Source: a virus (Duplodnaviria > Caudoviricetes). Taken from it: a DNA stretch of 51,793 nucleotides. Location of the stretch: the IMG/VR virus record IMGVR_UViG_3300000756_000016, positions 1 to 51,793 of that record, one strand, 5' to 3'. The notes under the pieces were generated by a model. The model worked only from the letters and a program-made list of their open reading frames with translations, was not told the origin of the DNA and searched no databases. The translations under genes and the position numbers were made by a program. Within the stretch, counting starts at the first letter, position 1. The number at the start of each line of letters is the position of its first letter. This document shows positions 36,990 through 46,291 of this stretch, in pieces.

Positions 36990-38687
36990 ATGTCCGATAA
37001 CATTTATCTTGGAAATCCTAATTTAAAAAAGGCAAATACGCCTATTGAATTTACCCAAGAGCAAATTTTTGAATTTATTGAATGTAAAAAAGATCCGGTA
37101 TATTTTGCAAAAAATTATGTACAGATTGTAAACGTTGATCATGGTTTAATACCATTTAAGATGTATAAGTTTCAAGAGAAACTTATTGAAAATTTTCATA
37201 ATCATCGATTTAATATATGCAAAATGCCCAGACAAACGGGCAAATCTACAACTTGCGTTTCATACTTACTACATTACGCCGTATTCAACGATAATGTTAA
37301 TATCGGCATCCTTGCAAACAAAGCATCAACTGCACGAGAATTATTAGAAAGGCTTCAGACAGCATACGAGAATCTTCCTAAATGGATGCAGCAAGGAATT
37401 ATATCATGGAACAAAGGTAGTTTAATGCTGGAAAATGGATCAAAAATTATCGCAGCTTCAACTTCTGCTTCAGCAGTACGAGGAATGTCCTTTAATATTA
37501 TCTTTCTTGACGAGTTTGCATTTATCCCAAATCATATTGCAGATCAATTCTTCTCTTCTGTATATCCAACCATTTCTTCAGGAAAATCAACTAAAGTAAT
37601 TATTGTTTCTACCCCAAAGGGTATGAATCACTTCTATCGTCTCTGGCATGACGCAGAACGTAAGAAGAACGAATATATCCCAACAGAGGTTCATTGGTCA
37701 GAAGTACCTGGCAGAGATGAGGCATGGAAGGCTCAGACAATTTCAAACACTTCAGCTCAACAATTTGCTCAAGAATTTGAATGCGAATTTTTGGGATCTG
37801 TTGACACACTCATTGCAGCATCAAAACTTAGATCTTTAGTATATGACGACCCAATAAAATCCAATAAGGGATTGGACATTTATGAAGATCCCATTGAAGA
37901 CCATAACTATATCATGACAGTAGATGTTGCTAGAGGAATTGAACACGATTATTCAGCATTTATTGTATTTGATATTACAACATTTCCATATAAAATTGTA
38001 GCAAAATATAGAAATAATGAGATTAAGCCAATGCTACTTCCATCAATTGTTGAGCAAGTAGCTACTGCATATAATAAATCATTTGTACTAGTTGAAATCA
38101 ATGATATTGGAGATCAGGTTGCAGGCATTTTACACTTTGACTTAGAATATGACAATCTCTTAATGTGTGCTATGAGAGGTAGGGCTGGTCAATTGGTTGG
38201 TCAAGGATTTTCCGGAACCAAATCTCAGCTTGGCCTTAAGATGTCAAAGACTGTTAAAAAAATTGGGTGTTCAAATCTTAAAACTCTTGTAGAGGATGAT
38301 AAGTTAATTTTTTCAGACTACGATCTTATCAGTGAACTCACAACATTCATTCAAAAAAATCACTCATTTGAGGCTGAAGAGGGTTGTAATGATGACCTTG
38401 CTATGTGCCTTGTCATATTCTCATGGTTAGTTATACAACCATACTTTAAAGAAATGACGGACAATGATGTTCGTAAAAGAATATATGAAGAACAAAGAAA
38501 TCAAATTGAACAGGATATGTCACCATTTGGGTTTATTGTGGATGGACTTGAAGGTGAAAATGTAATGATAGATGATAATACTGGAGATCGTTGGTTGGTA
38601 GTAGAAGGTGCTACACAAAATGCATATACTGAAAAATGGAATGTTGATGAATACGGTGATAGAGCATATATGTGGGATTATCGTTAA
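36990..38687 (+). CDS. g17: Terminase large subunit gp17
   Basis: Walker A MPRQTGKST, Walker B IIFLDEFAF, VSTP.GMNHFY, RNase H-like VDVARG and NDDLAMCL. Confidence 0.97.
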   Translation: MSDNIYLGNPNLKKANTPIEFTQEQIFEFIECKKDPVYFAKNYVQIVNVDHGLIPFKMYKFQEKLIENFHNHRFNICKMPRQTGKSTTCVSYLLHYAVFNDNVNIGILANKASTARELLERLQTAYENLPKWMQQGIISWNKGSLMLENGSKIIAASTSASAVRGMSFNIIFLDEFAFIPNHIADQFFSSVYPTISSGKSTKVIIVSTPKGMNHFYRLWHDAERKKNEYIPTEVHWSEVPGRDEAWKAQTISNTSAQQFAQEFECEFLGSVDTLIAASKLRSLVYDDPIKSNKGLDIYEDPIEDHNYIMTVDVARGIEHDYSAFIVFDITTFPYKIVAKYRNNEIKPMLLPSIVEQVATAYNKSFVLVEINDIGDQVAGILHFDLEYDNLLMCAMRGRAGQLVGQGFSGTKSQLGLKMSKTVKKIGCSNLKTLVEDDKLIFSDYDLISELTTFIQKNHSFEAEEGCNDDLAMCLVIFSWLVIQPYFKEMTDNDVRKRIYEEQRNQIEQDMSPFGFIVDGLEGENVMIDDNTGDRWLVVEGATQNAYTEKWNVDEYGDRAYMWDYR

Positions 38688-38700
38688 AACCCAAGGAATG

Positions 38701-38708
38701 TATAAATA
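38701..38708 (+). promoter_or_regulatory. T4-type late promoter
   Basis: Exact TATAAATA upstream of g18, with a GAGG RBS before the ATG. Confidence 0.85.
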
Positions 38709-38744
38709 TTTGATAGGATAAATGAAGATTTTAGAGGAATTAAA

Positions 38745-41132
38745 ATGGCTTTAGGGTTAGTTTCACCTGGCGTCAAAGTTAGAGAAGTCGATTTAACCAA
38801 TGGTAGAGTCGGTTCATCGTCTCAAGTGGTTGGAGCAGTTGCTGGTCCATTTGTAAGAGGTCCCGTAGAAGAGCCAGTTCTAATTGAGAATGAGCAACAA
38901 TTAATTGACATTTTTGGCAAACCTGAGTTAAATAGTAATCAGTATGAATACTGGTATACTGCATCAAACTATCTCACTTATGGTGGAACCCTAAGAGTTG
39001 TAAGATGTGATGGTACTAATTTGGGGAATGCGAACTCCCCAGTAGGTGCTGCATCATCACTAACCTCGGTAAAAATTAAAAATTATGATGATTACATATC
39101 CCAATCAACTTCCTCTTGGCATTGGGCAGCTAAAACTCCAGGAACTTGGGCAAATGATGTCAAGGTCTGTGTTATCGACAATTTTGCCGATCAAACTCTA
39201 AGCGGAGTTGCTACTGGCATTACAACAAGCATCACTCAAGTATCTCTAGGAACAACGACCGTAACACTGGATGTTGTAGGTGATACTAATTTAGGAGTTA
39301 CTACTGCAGGTTTCTTAGTTGGTGATATAATTAGTGGCACATACATACTGGCAAATACTACAATTTTAGGAATTGGAAACAGTTCAATTACAATTTCTCA
39401 AGGAACAGTTAATACTGGTATTGCAACAACGAGCGTTTTAGCATCATTTACCAGACCAACTCTAGTATCAACAACTAATGTTATTGTTGGAACAGCAGTA
39501 ACACAATCAATTAGTGGTGGTATTGCAGGTATCGGCACCACTTCGGGCCTAAACGGATATCTGAAGGGAATTGTAACTGGAGTTGGGGTTAGTGAAATTT
39601 ATGTAAAAGTTCTCAGTCAAGTAAGTTCAACAGGAATTGAAACTTCAGCAAAGTATAGCTTATATTCTTTTACAGCATCTTCAGCAATTTCAATTGGAAA
39701 TACTACAGCATCAAATGGAATTGGGGCACCAAATTCTCTCACATATCAAGCAAATGTACATCAGGTAACCGATTGGTATAATTCACAAACTCTTGGATTA
39801 AATAACTCGATTGTTTATTGGAATTCTATTGCTCCTAAGCCTGGAACTTCTGCATATGCATCTGCTAGAAGTTCTTCTAACGATGAGATGCACATTGTCG
39901 TTGTAGATGATTCTGGGTCAGTGAGTGGAATTAGTGGAAATATTTTAGAGAAGTGGATTGGACTCTCAAAGGCTACGGATGCACAACTTTCCCCACAGGA
40001 GAAAGTATACTATAGAGATTATCTGGCGTCAACTTCAAACTATATCTATAGTGGTGCGGATCCAAACAACCTCACTGCAGTTGGATATGCAGGAACTGGA
40101 GGAAAAAACTGGAATCAGCTAGCTCAAGGAGTTGATTTTAATGTATGTGGAAAAAGAACCTACAGTCTACTTGGAGGAAACTCCTATGGTGGTAGAAGTT
40201 CTTCAGGATATATTACTCCAGAATATAATCCAGAACTTGGTGATGTTATAAATTCATATAAAATCTTCACCAATAGAAGAGAATTTGATATAAATTTCCT
40301 GATGATGGGTTCGGGTTATGAAGATAAGCTCACAACTCAGGCAAAGGCAAACGAGCTGATCGCAATTTCATCAAACCGTAAGGATTGTATTGCAGTAATT
40401 TCACCACACAGATCGTCAGTTGTAAATATCACAAACACAACTACTCAGACAAATAACATAATTGGGTTCTTTGATGGCATATCGTCATCATCTTATGCTG
40501 TATTTGATAGTGGTTACAAGTACATGTTTGATAGGTTCAACAATAAGTTTGTCTATGTACCTATGAATGGAGATATTGCTGGTTGTATGTGTAGAACCAC
40601 CTTAAATGATTTCCCATGGTTCTCTCCTGCAGGTTCAAAGCGTGGTGTTATTAATGGTGCGGTTAAGCTTGCATATAACCCATCGCAAGCACAGAGAGAT
40701 GAGCTATACATCAGAAGAATTAATCCCGTAATATATTCGCCAGGATCTGGAATTATCCTATTTGGAGATAAGACAGGATTGGCACAAGCTTCGGCCTTCG
40801 ACAGAATTAATGTTAGAAGATTGTTTATTTCTCTTGAATCAAGTATTGAAGCTGCAGCTAGAGATCAACTATTTGAATTTAATGATTCAATTACAAGATC
40901 TAATTTTGTAAATATTGTTGAACCATATCTTCGTGATGTCCAAGCTAAGCGTGGAATTACTGACTTTATCGTAATTTGTGATGAGACCAATAACACACCA
41001 GATGTTATTGATTCTAATGAATTTAGGGCTGATATTTTTGTTAAGCCTGCTCGCAGCATTAACTTCATTGGTCTAACATTTGTTGCCACAAGAACAGGTG
41101 TTTCCTTTGAAGAAGTTGTTGGAAGAGTTTAA
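38745..41132 (+). CDS. g18: Tail sheath protein gp18
   Basis: SPGV.VREVDLT, PWFSPAG..RG, FGDKT, FDRINVRRLF, FEFND..TR, KPARSINFI. Confidence 0.97.
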   Translation: MALGLVSPGVKVREVDLTNGRVGSSSQVVGAVAGPFVRGPVEEPVLIENEQQLIDIFGKPELNSNQYEYWYTASNYLTYGGTLRVVRCDGTNLGNANSPVGAASSLTSVKIKNYDDYISQSTSSWHWAAKTPGTWANDVKVCVIDNFADQTLSGVATGITTSITQVSLGTTTVTLDVVGDTNLGVTTAGFLVGDIISGTYILANTTILGIGNSSITISQGTVNTGIATTSVLASFTRPTLVSTTNVIVGTAVTQSISGGIAGIGTTSGLNGYLKGIVTGVGVSEIYVKVLSQVSSTGIETSAKYSLYSFTASSAISIGNTTASNGIGAPNSLTYQANVHQVTDWYNSQTLGLNNSIVYWNSIAPKPGTSAYASARSSSNDEMHIVVVDDSGSVSGISGNILEKWIGLSKATDAQLSPQEKVYYRDYLASTSNYIYSGADPNNLTAVGYAGTGGKNWNQLAQGVDFNVCGKRTYSLLGGNSYGGRSSSGYITPEYNPELGDVINSYKIFTNRREFDINFLMMGSGYEDKLTTQAKANELIAISSNRKDCIAVISPHRSSVVNITNTTTQTNNIIGFFDGISSSSYAVFDSGYKYMFDRFNNKFVYVPMNGDIAGCMCRTTLNDFPWFSPAGSKRGVINGAVKLAYNPSQAQRDELYIRRINPVIYSPGSGIILFGDKTGLAQASAFDRINVRRLFISLESSIEAAARDQLFEFNDSITRSNFVNIVEPYLRDVQAKRGITDFIVICDETNNTPDVIDSNEFRADIFVKPARSINFIGLTFVATRTGVSFEEVVGRV

Positions 41133-41165
41133 TTAATATTATAAACATACTACTGGAGAAAACTA

Positions 41166-41798
41166 ATGGCATCCTATCAACAAATTCCTAATTCTGGCAG
41201 TGAGGGAAGATTTTTAGATAATTTTAAGGGTAGATTATCTGGTGGCGGTGCTCGTCCCAATTTATTTGAAGTTGAAATTAAATTTCCAAGAATTGCCCTT
41301 CCAAATGGAGTTTCAGACTCCCAGCTAACAGATAAGATTAAGTTCTTGGTAAAGTCTTCAGCAATTCCAGCTTCAAATATTTCACCAATTCCAGTTCCAT
41401 TTAGAGGTCGTACTCTTCAGATTGCTGGAGATAGAACTTTTGATCCTTGGCAAGTCACGGTCATTAATGATGCAGATTTTGCAGTTCGTAGTTCCTTTGA
41501 AAGATGGATGAATTATATTAATAAGCACTCCGACAATTCCGGTACTACTGATCCAGCTAACTATCAAACTGATGCTTGGGTATACCAACTTGGTAGAGCA
41601 CAAACCCAAACTGCAATTACTAGTGCTGATAACATTCCAGTTATCAGAGCATATCACATGTATGGAATTTTCCCAACCAATGTTGGCGGAATTTCACTAG
41701 CATATGATGCAAACAATCAAATTGAAGAATTTACTGTAGACCTACAGATGCAGTGGTGGGAATCCTACGATTCAAATAAAGCCATTGATGTTAAGTGA
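41166..41798 (+). CDS. g19: Tail tube protein gp19
   Basis: GGGARPNLFEV, VPFRGR.L.IAGDRTF..W, IEEFTV. Confidence 0.96.
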   Translation: MASYQQIPNSGSEGRFLDNFKGRLSGGGARPNLFEVEIKFPRIALPNGVSDSQLTDKIKFLVKSSAIPASNISPIPVPFRGRTLQIAGDRTFDPWQVTVINDADFAVRSSFERWMNYINKHSDNSGTTDPANYQTDAWVYQLGRAQTQTAITSADNIPVIRAYHMYGIFPTNVGGISLAYDANNQIEEFTVDLQMQWWESYDSNKAIDVK

Positions 41799-41827
41799 TA
41801 AATAGGTAAAAGTCACTTCAAAACATA

Positions 41828-43576
41828 ATGGCAGGATTGTTTGGTTACTCGTTTGATGATAACATAAAAAAACCTAAGAAGCAGGTATCCCCCGTCCCCC
41901 CAAATAACGAGGATGGGGTCGATTACTATATTTCTTCAGGTTTTTATGGTCAATATGTAGACATTGAAGGTGTTTATAAGACTGAGTATGATTTAATTAA
42001 GAGATATCGAGAGATGTCACTACATCCAGAAGCTGATAAGGCTATTGAAGATGTAGTAAATGAAGCTATTGTTTCTGACTTAAATGATTCTCCTGTAGAA
42101 ATTGAGTTATCTAATTTAGACGTTGATGATAACATCAAAACAATTATTAGACAGGAATTTAAATATATTAAAGAACTCATGGACTTTGATAAGAAGGCCC
42201 ATGAAATTTTTAGAAACTGGTATGTTGATGGGAGAGTATATTACCATAAGGTAATTGATCTAGATAATCCTCAAAATGGAATTAAAGAAATTCGCTATAT
42301 TGACTCACTTAAAATTAAGTATGTTAGAGAACTGAAGAAGAATGATAATCGTAATATTATCGATATTCAAAATATCAATGTTATCAGTAGAGAAATTGGA
42401 GTAGAAAAATTAGATTTTCCTGAGATTGAGGAATATTTTGTATATACTCCAAAGAGTCAGGGATATAGTACTGGTGCAAGTGGTTATGGTAAGGGAGTTA
42501 AACTTGCCAAGGATTCTGTAACATTCATCACCTCAGGTCTTGTAGATAGAAATAAGCAGACAATTTTATCATATCTTCATAAGGCAATTAAGGCCCTCAA
42601 TCAACTTCGTATGATTGAAGACTCTCTAGTAATTTATAGACTGTCTCGGGCACCTGAACGCAGAATATTCTATATCGATGTCGGCAATCTACCTAAGGTA
42701 AAGGCTGAGCAATATCTTCGTGAAGTTATGTCACGATATAGGAATAAGTTAGTCTATGATGCGTCAACCGGAGAAGTTAGGGACGATAAGAAATTTACAA
42801 GCATGATGGAAGACTTCTGGCTACCTCGCAGAGAAGGTGGTCGTGGTACTGAAATCACCACTCTTCCTGGGGGTCAAAATCTTGGTGAGCTTGCAGATAT
42901 TGAGTACTTTCAAAAGAAACTCTATCGTGCTTTAGGTATTCCAGAGTCTAGAATTGCTGCTGATGGTGGTTTCAATCTGGGAAGATCTTCAGAAATTCTT
43001 AGAGATGAGATTATGTTCTCTAGATTTGTAGGAAGACTTAGAAAAAGATTTAGTAATATCTTCCATGATATGCTAAAAACACAACTAATTCTTAAAAATA
43101 TTATCACTCCTGAAGATTGGGAGTATATGAGTGATCACATTCAATACGATTATGTGTATGATAATCACTTTGCAGAACTTAAGGAAACTGAATTACTGAA
43201 TGAAAGATTATCCCTACTTCAACAAATTGAACCATATATTGGAAAATACTACTCAACAACTTATGTTAGAAAAAATATTTTAAGACAGACTGAAGATGAT
43301 ATTCTAGAAAATGATTATCAAATAAATTATGAACGAGAGGTTGGTATTATTGCTCCACCAACACCACCGACAGATCCGGAAACTGGTATGCCTACAGATT
43401 ATGTTCATAAGACTGGTCAAGACTTAATCAAGAAAACCCAACGTCAAAACACTAAGGATCTAGAAATAGGTCTAGGTAAAACTGCAAAGGATCCAACTAT
43501 CAAAAAGACTGGAACTGAAGCTCCTAAGGGGCAAGAGGCCGATGGTGTAAAAATGCCCAAGGGCGGTAAGTTATAA
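41828..43576 (+). CDS. g20: Portal vertex protein gp20
   Basis: WYVDGR, SYLHKAIK..NQLRMIEDSLVIYR.SRAPERRIFYIDVGNLP, EDFWLPRREGGRGTEITTLPGGQ; ATAAATA late box at 41798-41804. Confidence 0.98.
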   Translation: MAGLFGYSFDDNIKKPKKQVSPVPPNNEDGVDYYISSGFYGQYVDIEGVYKTEYDLIKRYREMSLHPEADKAIEDVVNEAIVSDLNDSPVEIELSNLDVDDNIKTIIRQEFKYIKELMDFDKKAHEIFRNWYVDGRVYYHKVIDLDNPQNGIKEIRYIDSLKIKYVRELKKNDNRNIIDIQNINVISREIGVEKLDFPEIEEYFVYTPKSQGYSTGASGYGKGVKLAKDSVTFITSGLVDRNKQTILSYLHKAIKALNQLRMIEDSLVIYRLSRAPERRIFYIDVGNLPKVKAEQYLREVMSRYRNKLVYDASTGEVRDDKKFTSMMEDFWLPRREGGRGTEITTLPGGQNLGELADIEYFQKKLYRALGIPESRIAADGGFNLGRSSEILRDEIMFSRFVGRLRKRFSNIFHDMLKTQLILKNIITPEDWEYMSDHIQYDYVYDNHFAELKETELLNERLSLLQQIEPYIGKYYSTTYVRKNILRQTEDDILENDYQINYEREVGIIAPPTPPTDPETGMPTDYVHKTGQDLIKKTQRQNTKDLEIGLGKTAKDPTIKKTGTEAPKGQEADGVKMPKGGKL

Positions 43577-43601
43577 ATAAAGTAGATTTATAGGAATTTT
43601 T

Positions 43602-43769
43602 ATGGATACTAATGATTTTGTAGGAATGGTTATGTCTGATGCATCAGCATCAGATATGGAAGATGCTATTAAACAGTTACTGTACAACAAATCTACAGAT
43701 ATAATTGATGACATTCGTCCAATAATTGCAGCTCAACTTTTTGATCCTAAAGTAGATGAAAACAATTAA
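43602..43769 (+). CDS. Small acidic protein, positional equivalent of prohead core gp67 (55 aa; not in ORF track)
   Basis: Read manually: MDTNDFVGMVMSDASASDMEDAIKQLLYNKSTDIIDDIRPIIAAQLFDPKVDENN*, with TATAAATA at 43572-43579 and an AGGA RBS. Confidence 0.65.
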   Translation: MDTNDFVGMVMSDASASDMEDAIKQLLYNKSTDIIDDIRPIIAAQLFDPKVDENN

Positions 43770-43843
43770 TTTATATTTACCGTAAACATAAATATATTTA
43801 ACTAATATAATTCTTGCGGTATGTTTGTAACAGAGGAACCCCA

Positions 43844-44383
43844 ATGGCATTAAAAATTGTACAACTAATTGCTGCAATTCAACCACCAAATAATGGAATA
43901 AGCACAAGTGTAGCTATTGATTTAAAAACAGGATATCTAAGATTAACATCTTCTGGTGGGGGAAATCATGTAGCAATTAATACTGGAAATAACTCATCTG
44001 GAGTTAATAGCGAATCTTCCTTTTTAATTTCAGAAAATACAAGTGAAATACTTAAAGAAAGAGTTGCTAGACAACAAATTGTTGGAATAACTACTGGAAC
44101 ATCAACAGTAATTAATTTTGGAGAAAATTTAGGAAACCCATTTATTATTGGGGATGCTGTTAGTATTATTAATGCTCAACCAAGTGGAATTAATACGCAA
44201 TACAATTTAGTTACAGCAACAACTAATTCTTCAATTACTATTTCATACAATAGCTCTTCCGTTGTTGGCGTTATCACTACACGAAATGCAACTGTTTGTA
44301 GATCTGTAAAAATTTCTGCTATTGGTGAAATTAGTGGAACCCATCTTCATATTGCAGAAGTCCAAATCACTTCCCAAGCATAA
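43844..44383 (+). CDS. Hypothetical beta-rich (probable virion) protein
   Basis: Likely start is ATG 43844 with a GAGG RBS and ATAAATA at 43788-43794; lies between g20 and g21. Confidence 0.65.
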   Translation: MALKIVQLIAAIQPPNNGISTSVAIDLKTGYLRLTSSGGGNHVAINTGNNSSGVNSESSFLISENTSEILKERVARQQIVGITTGTSTVINFGENLGNPFIIGDAVSIINAQPSGINTQYNLVTATTNSSITISYNSSSVVGVITTRNATVCRSVKISAIGEISGTHLHIAEVQITSQA

Positions 44384-44386
44384 GAC

Positions 44387-45031
44387 ATGAAACTCATCAC
44401 AGAGCAAATCGAAGAGATCAAGGTAATTACAGAGAGTAAGAACGGAAAACAGCATCTCTATATTACTGGCCCATTTCTTCAGGCAGAAATTACAAATCGC
44501 AATGGAAGATGCTATTCATATAACATTCTTGAAAGGGAAGTTAATAAGTACAATGATAAGTATATCAAATCTGGTAGAGCCCTTGGTGAGCTTGGTCATC
44601 CAGAGGGACCTACAGTAAATCTCCATAGAGTTTCTCACATGATCACAAGCCTAGTTCCAGAAGGCAAAAACTTCATTGGAAAGGCAAAGATTCTTGAAAC
44701 ACCAATGGGAGCAATTGCAAAAAATCTCATAGAGGGTGGAGTAAAACTTGGCGTCTCATCTAGAGGTGTAGGTTCTTTAATTGAACGTGGTGGTGTTAAG
44801 TATGTTGGAGACGATTTTATGCTCTCAACTGCTGCTGATATTGTAGCAGATCCTTCCGCTCCTGATGCATTTGTTCAAGGAATTATGGAAGGTAAGGAGT
44901 GGGCTTGGAACAATGGTGTTCTTGCCGAAAAAACTTATAGGCAGTTAAATTCATTAACACCTACAGTGGATAGACAAGTGCGTGAGGAGAGAATTATAAA
45001 TCTCTTCGACAATTTTTTAAGAGATCTATAA
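44387..45031 (+). CDS. g21: Prohead core protease gp21
   Basis: MKLITE, NRNGR.Y, ALGELGHP, GVSSRG.GS, DIVADPSAPDAFV.GIME. Confidence 0.96.
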   Translation: MKLITEQIEEIKVITESKNGKQHLYITGPFLQAEITNRNGRCYSYNILEREVNKYNDKYIKSGRALGELGHPEGPTVNLHRVSHMITSLVPEGKNFIGKAKILETPMGAIAKNLIEGGVKLGVSSRGVGSLIERGGVKYVGDDFMLSTAADIVADPSAPDAFVQGIMEGKEWAWNNGVLAEKTYRQLNSLTPTVDRQVREERIINLFDNFLRDL

Positions 45032-45081
45032 TTTATAAATAAATAGTAGAATAAAGATTATAATTTTATTCGGAGAGTACA

Positions 45082-46239
45082 ATGTCTGCTGGTAAACTAC
45101 AAGAAATGGAATCAACTTCACAAACCAAGCAATCGAAGACCGCAGTTAACGCTAATGCTAGACCTGCCGATCCGATGCAATCCTCAAATAGCTTTGTTTC
45201 TGCAACTCCTGAGCAATCAATCACTGATTTAGGTGGTCCTACACCATTTAACTATAGATCAACTGATGATTCTTCAAAACTTGCAACACCTAACATTAAA
45301 ACCGTTAGAGATGTAGTTAACGCTAAAGCTGCAAGAGCTGAAGAATTAGAATACGATCAAGATGAAGATCTTCTAGAAGCTGAGGCTAAAGAAGAAGATG
45401 AAGAAGAACATGATGAAGAAGATGAAAAGCCTAAGAAGAAGAAGAAGATGAAGGAGGAGGTTGAAGAAGATGATGAGGAGTATGAATATGAAGAAGCCAG
45501 CGAAGATGGAGATGAAGAAGAACTTGAATTTGATGTAGAAGAAGATATTCAAGCACTATTTGGTGACGAAGATCTTTCCGAAGAATTTAAAGAAAGAGCG
45601 GCTCTGGTATTTGAGTCTGCCTTAAGAACAAAGGTAGCTGAAGCTGCTGAAATTATTCAGAAGCACTACGAATCAGCTCTTGAAGAGAACGTTCTTCAAA
45701 TTCAATCCGAATTGACCGAAAGAGTCGATTCATATTTAGAGTATGTTGCATCTGAGTGGATTGAAGAGAACGCTCTTCAAGTTGAAAGAGGACTCAAGTC
45801 ACAATTGGCTGAGTCCTTTATGAATAATCTCAAGACACTTTTTGAAGATCATTATGTATCAATTCCTGAAGAGAAATATAATGTTCTTGAGAACATGGTC
45901 GAAAAACTTGATGACATGGAATCAAGACTCAACGAACAAATCCAAAGAAATATTCAGTTAAATCAAAGACTTAGCGAATCCGTATCAGATGGAATTCTCC
46001 ATGATGTCTCTAGAGGTCTCGCTGAGACCCAAAAGAGCAAGCTCGCTAGTCTCGCTGAAGGTGTTGAGTTTGTAAGTGAAGAAGACTATCGTGAGAAGCT
46101 GGAATCCCTAAGGGAGTCATACTTCCCAAGAAATCCAGTTACTCCAGAAAGAGAAAATGAACTTCTTGGCACTGAAAACGAAGTTATTTCAGAAACAATG
46201 GATGCCTACTTAAAGGCCATTACAAAATTCTCTAAGTGA
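45082..46239 (+). CDS. g22: Prohead core scaffolding protein gp22
   Basis: Acidic; LSEEFK..A..VFE, VDSYLEYV..EW..EN, LRESYF; TATAAATA at 45034-45041. Confidence 0.93.
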   Translation: MSAGKLQEMESTSQTKQSKTAVNANARPADPMQSSNSFVSATPEQSITDLGGPTPFNYRSTDDSSKLATPNIKTVRDVVNAKAARAEELEYDQDEDLLEAEAKEEDEEEHDEEDEKPKKKKKMKEEVEEDDEEYEYEEASEDGDEEELEFDVEEDIQALFGDEDLSEEFKERAALVFESALRTKVAEAAEIIQKHYESALEENVLQIQSELTERVDSYLEYVASEWIEENALQVERGLKSQLAESFMNNLKTLFEDHYVSIPEEKYNVLENMVEKLDDMESRLNEQIQRNIQLNQRLSESVSDGILHDVSRGLAETQKSKLASLAEGVEFVSEEDYREKLESLRESYFPRNPVTPERENELLGTENEVISETMDAYLKAITKFSK

Positions 46240-46291
46240 TAATAAATAAAGTATAAACAAACACTTTCCAAGACAAACGGAGATTCCACAA

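Noticed and set aside
43677-43907. Minus-strand 76-aa ORF between g20 and g21
   Set aside because: It overlaps the better-supported plus-strand 55-aa gene (late box, RBS) and the start of the 180-aa gene.
45340-45560. GAA/GAT-rich low-complexity tract
   Set aside because: Explained by the acidic Glu/Asp linker normal for scaffold gp22; not an independent repeat element.
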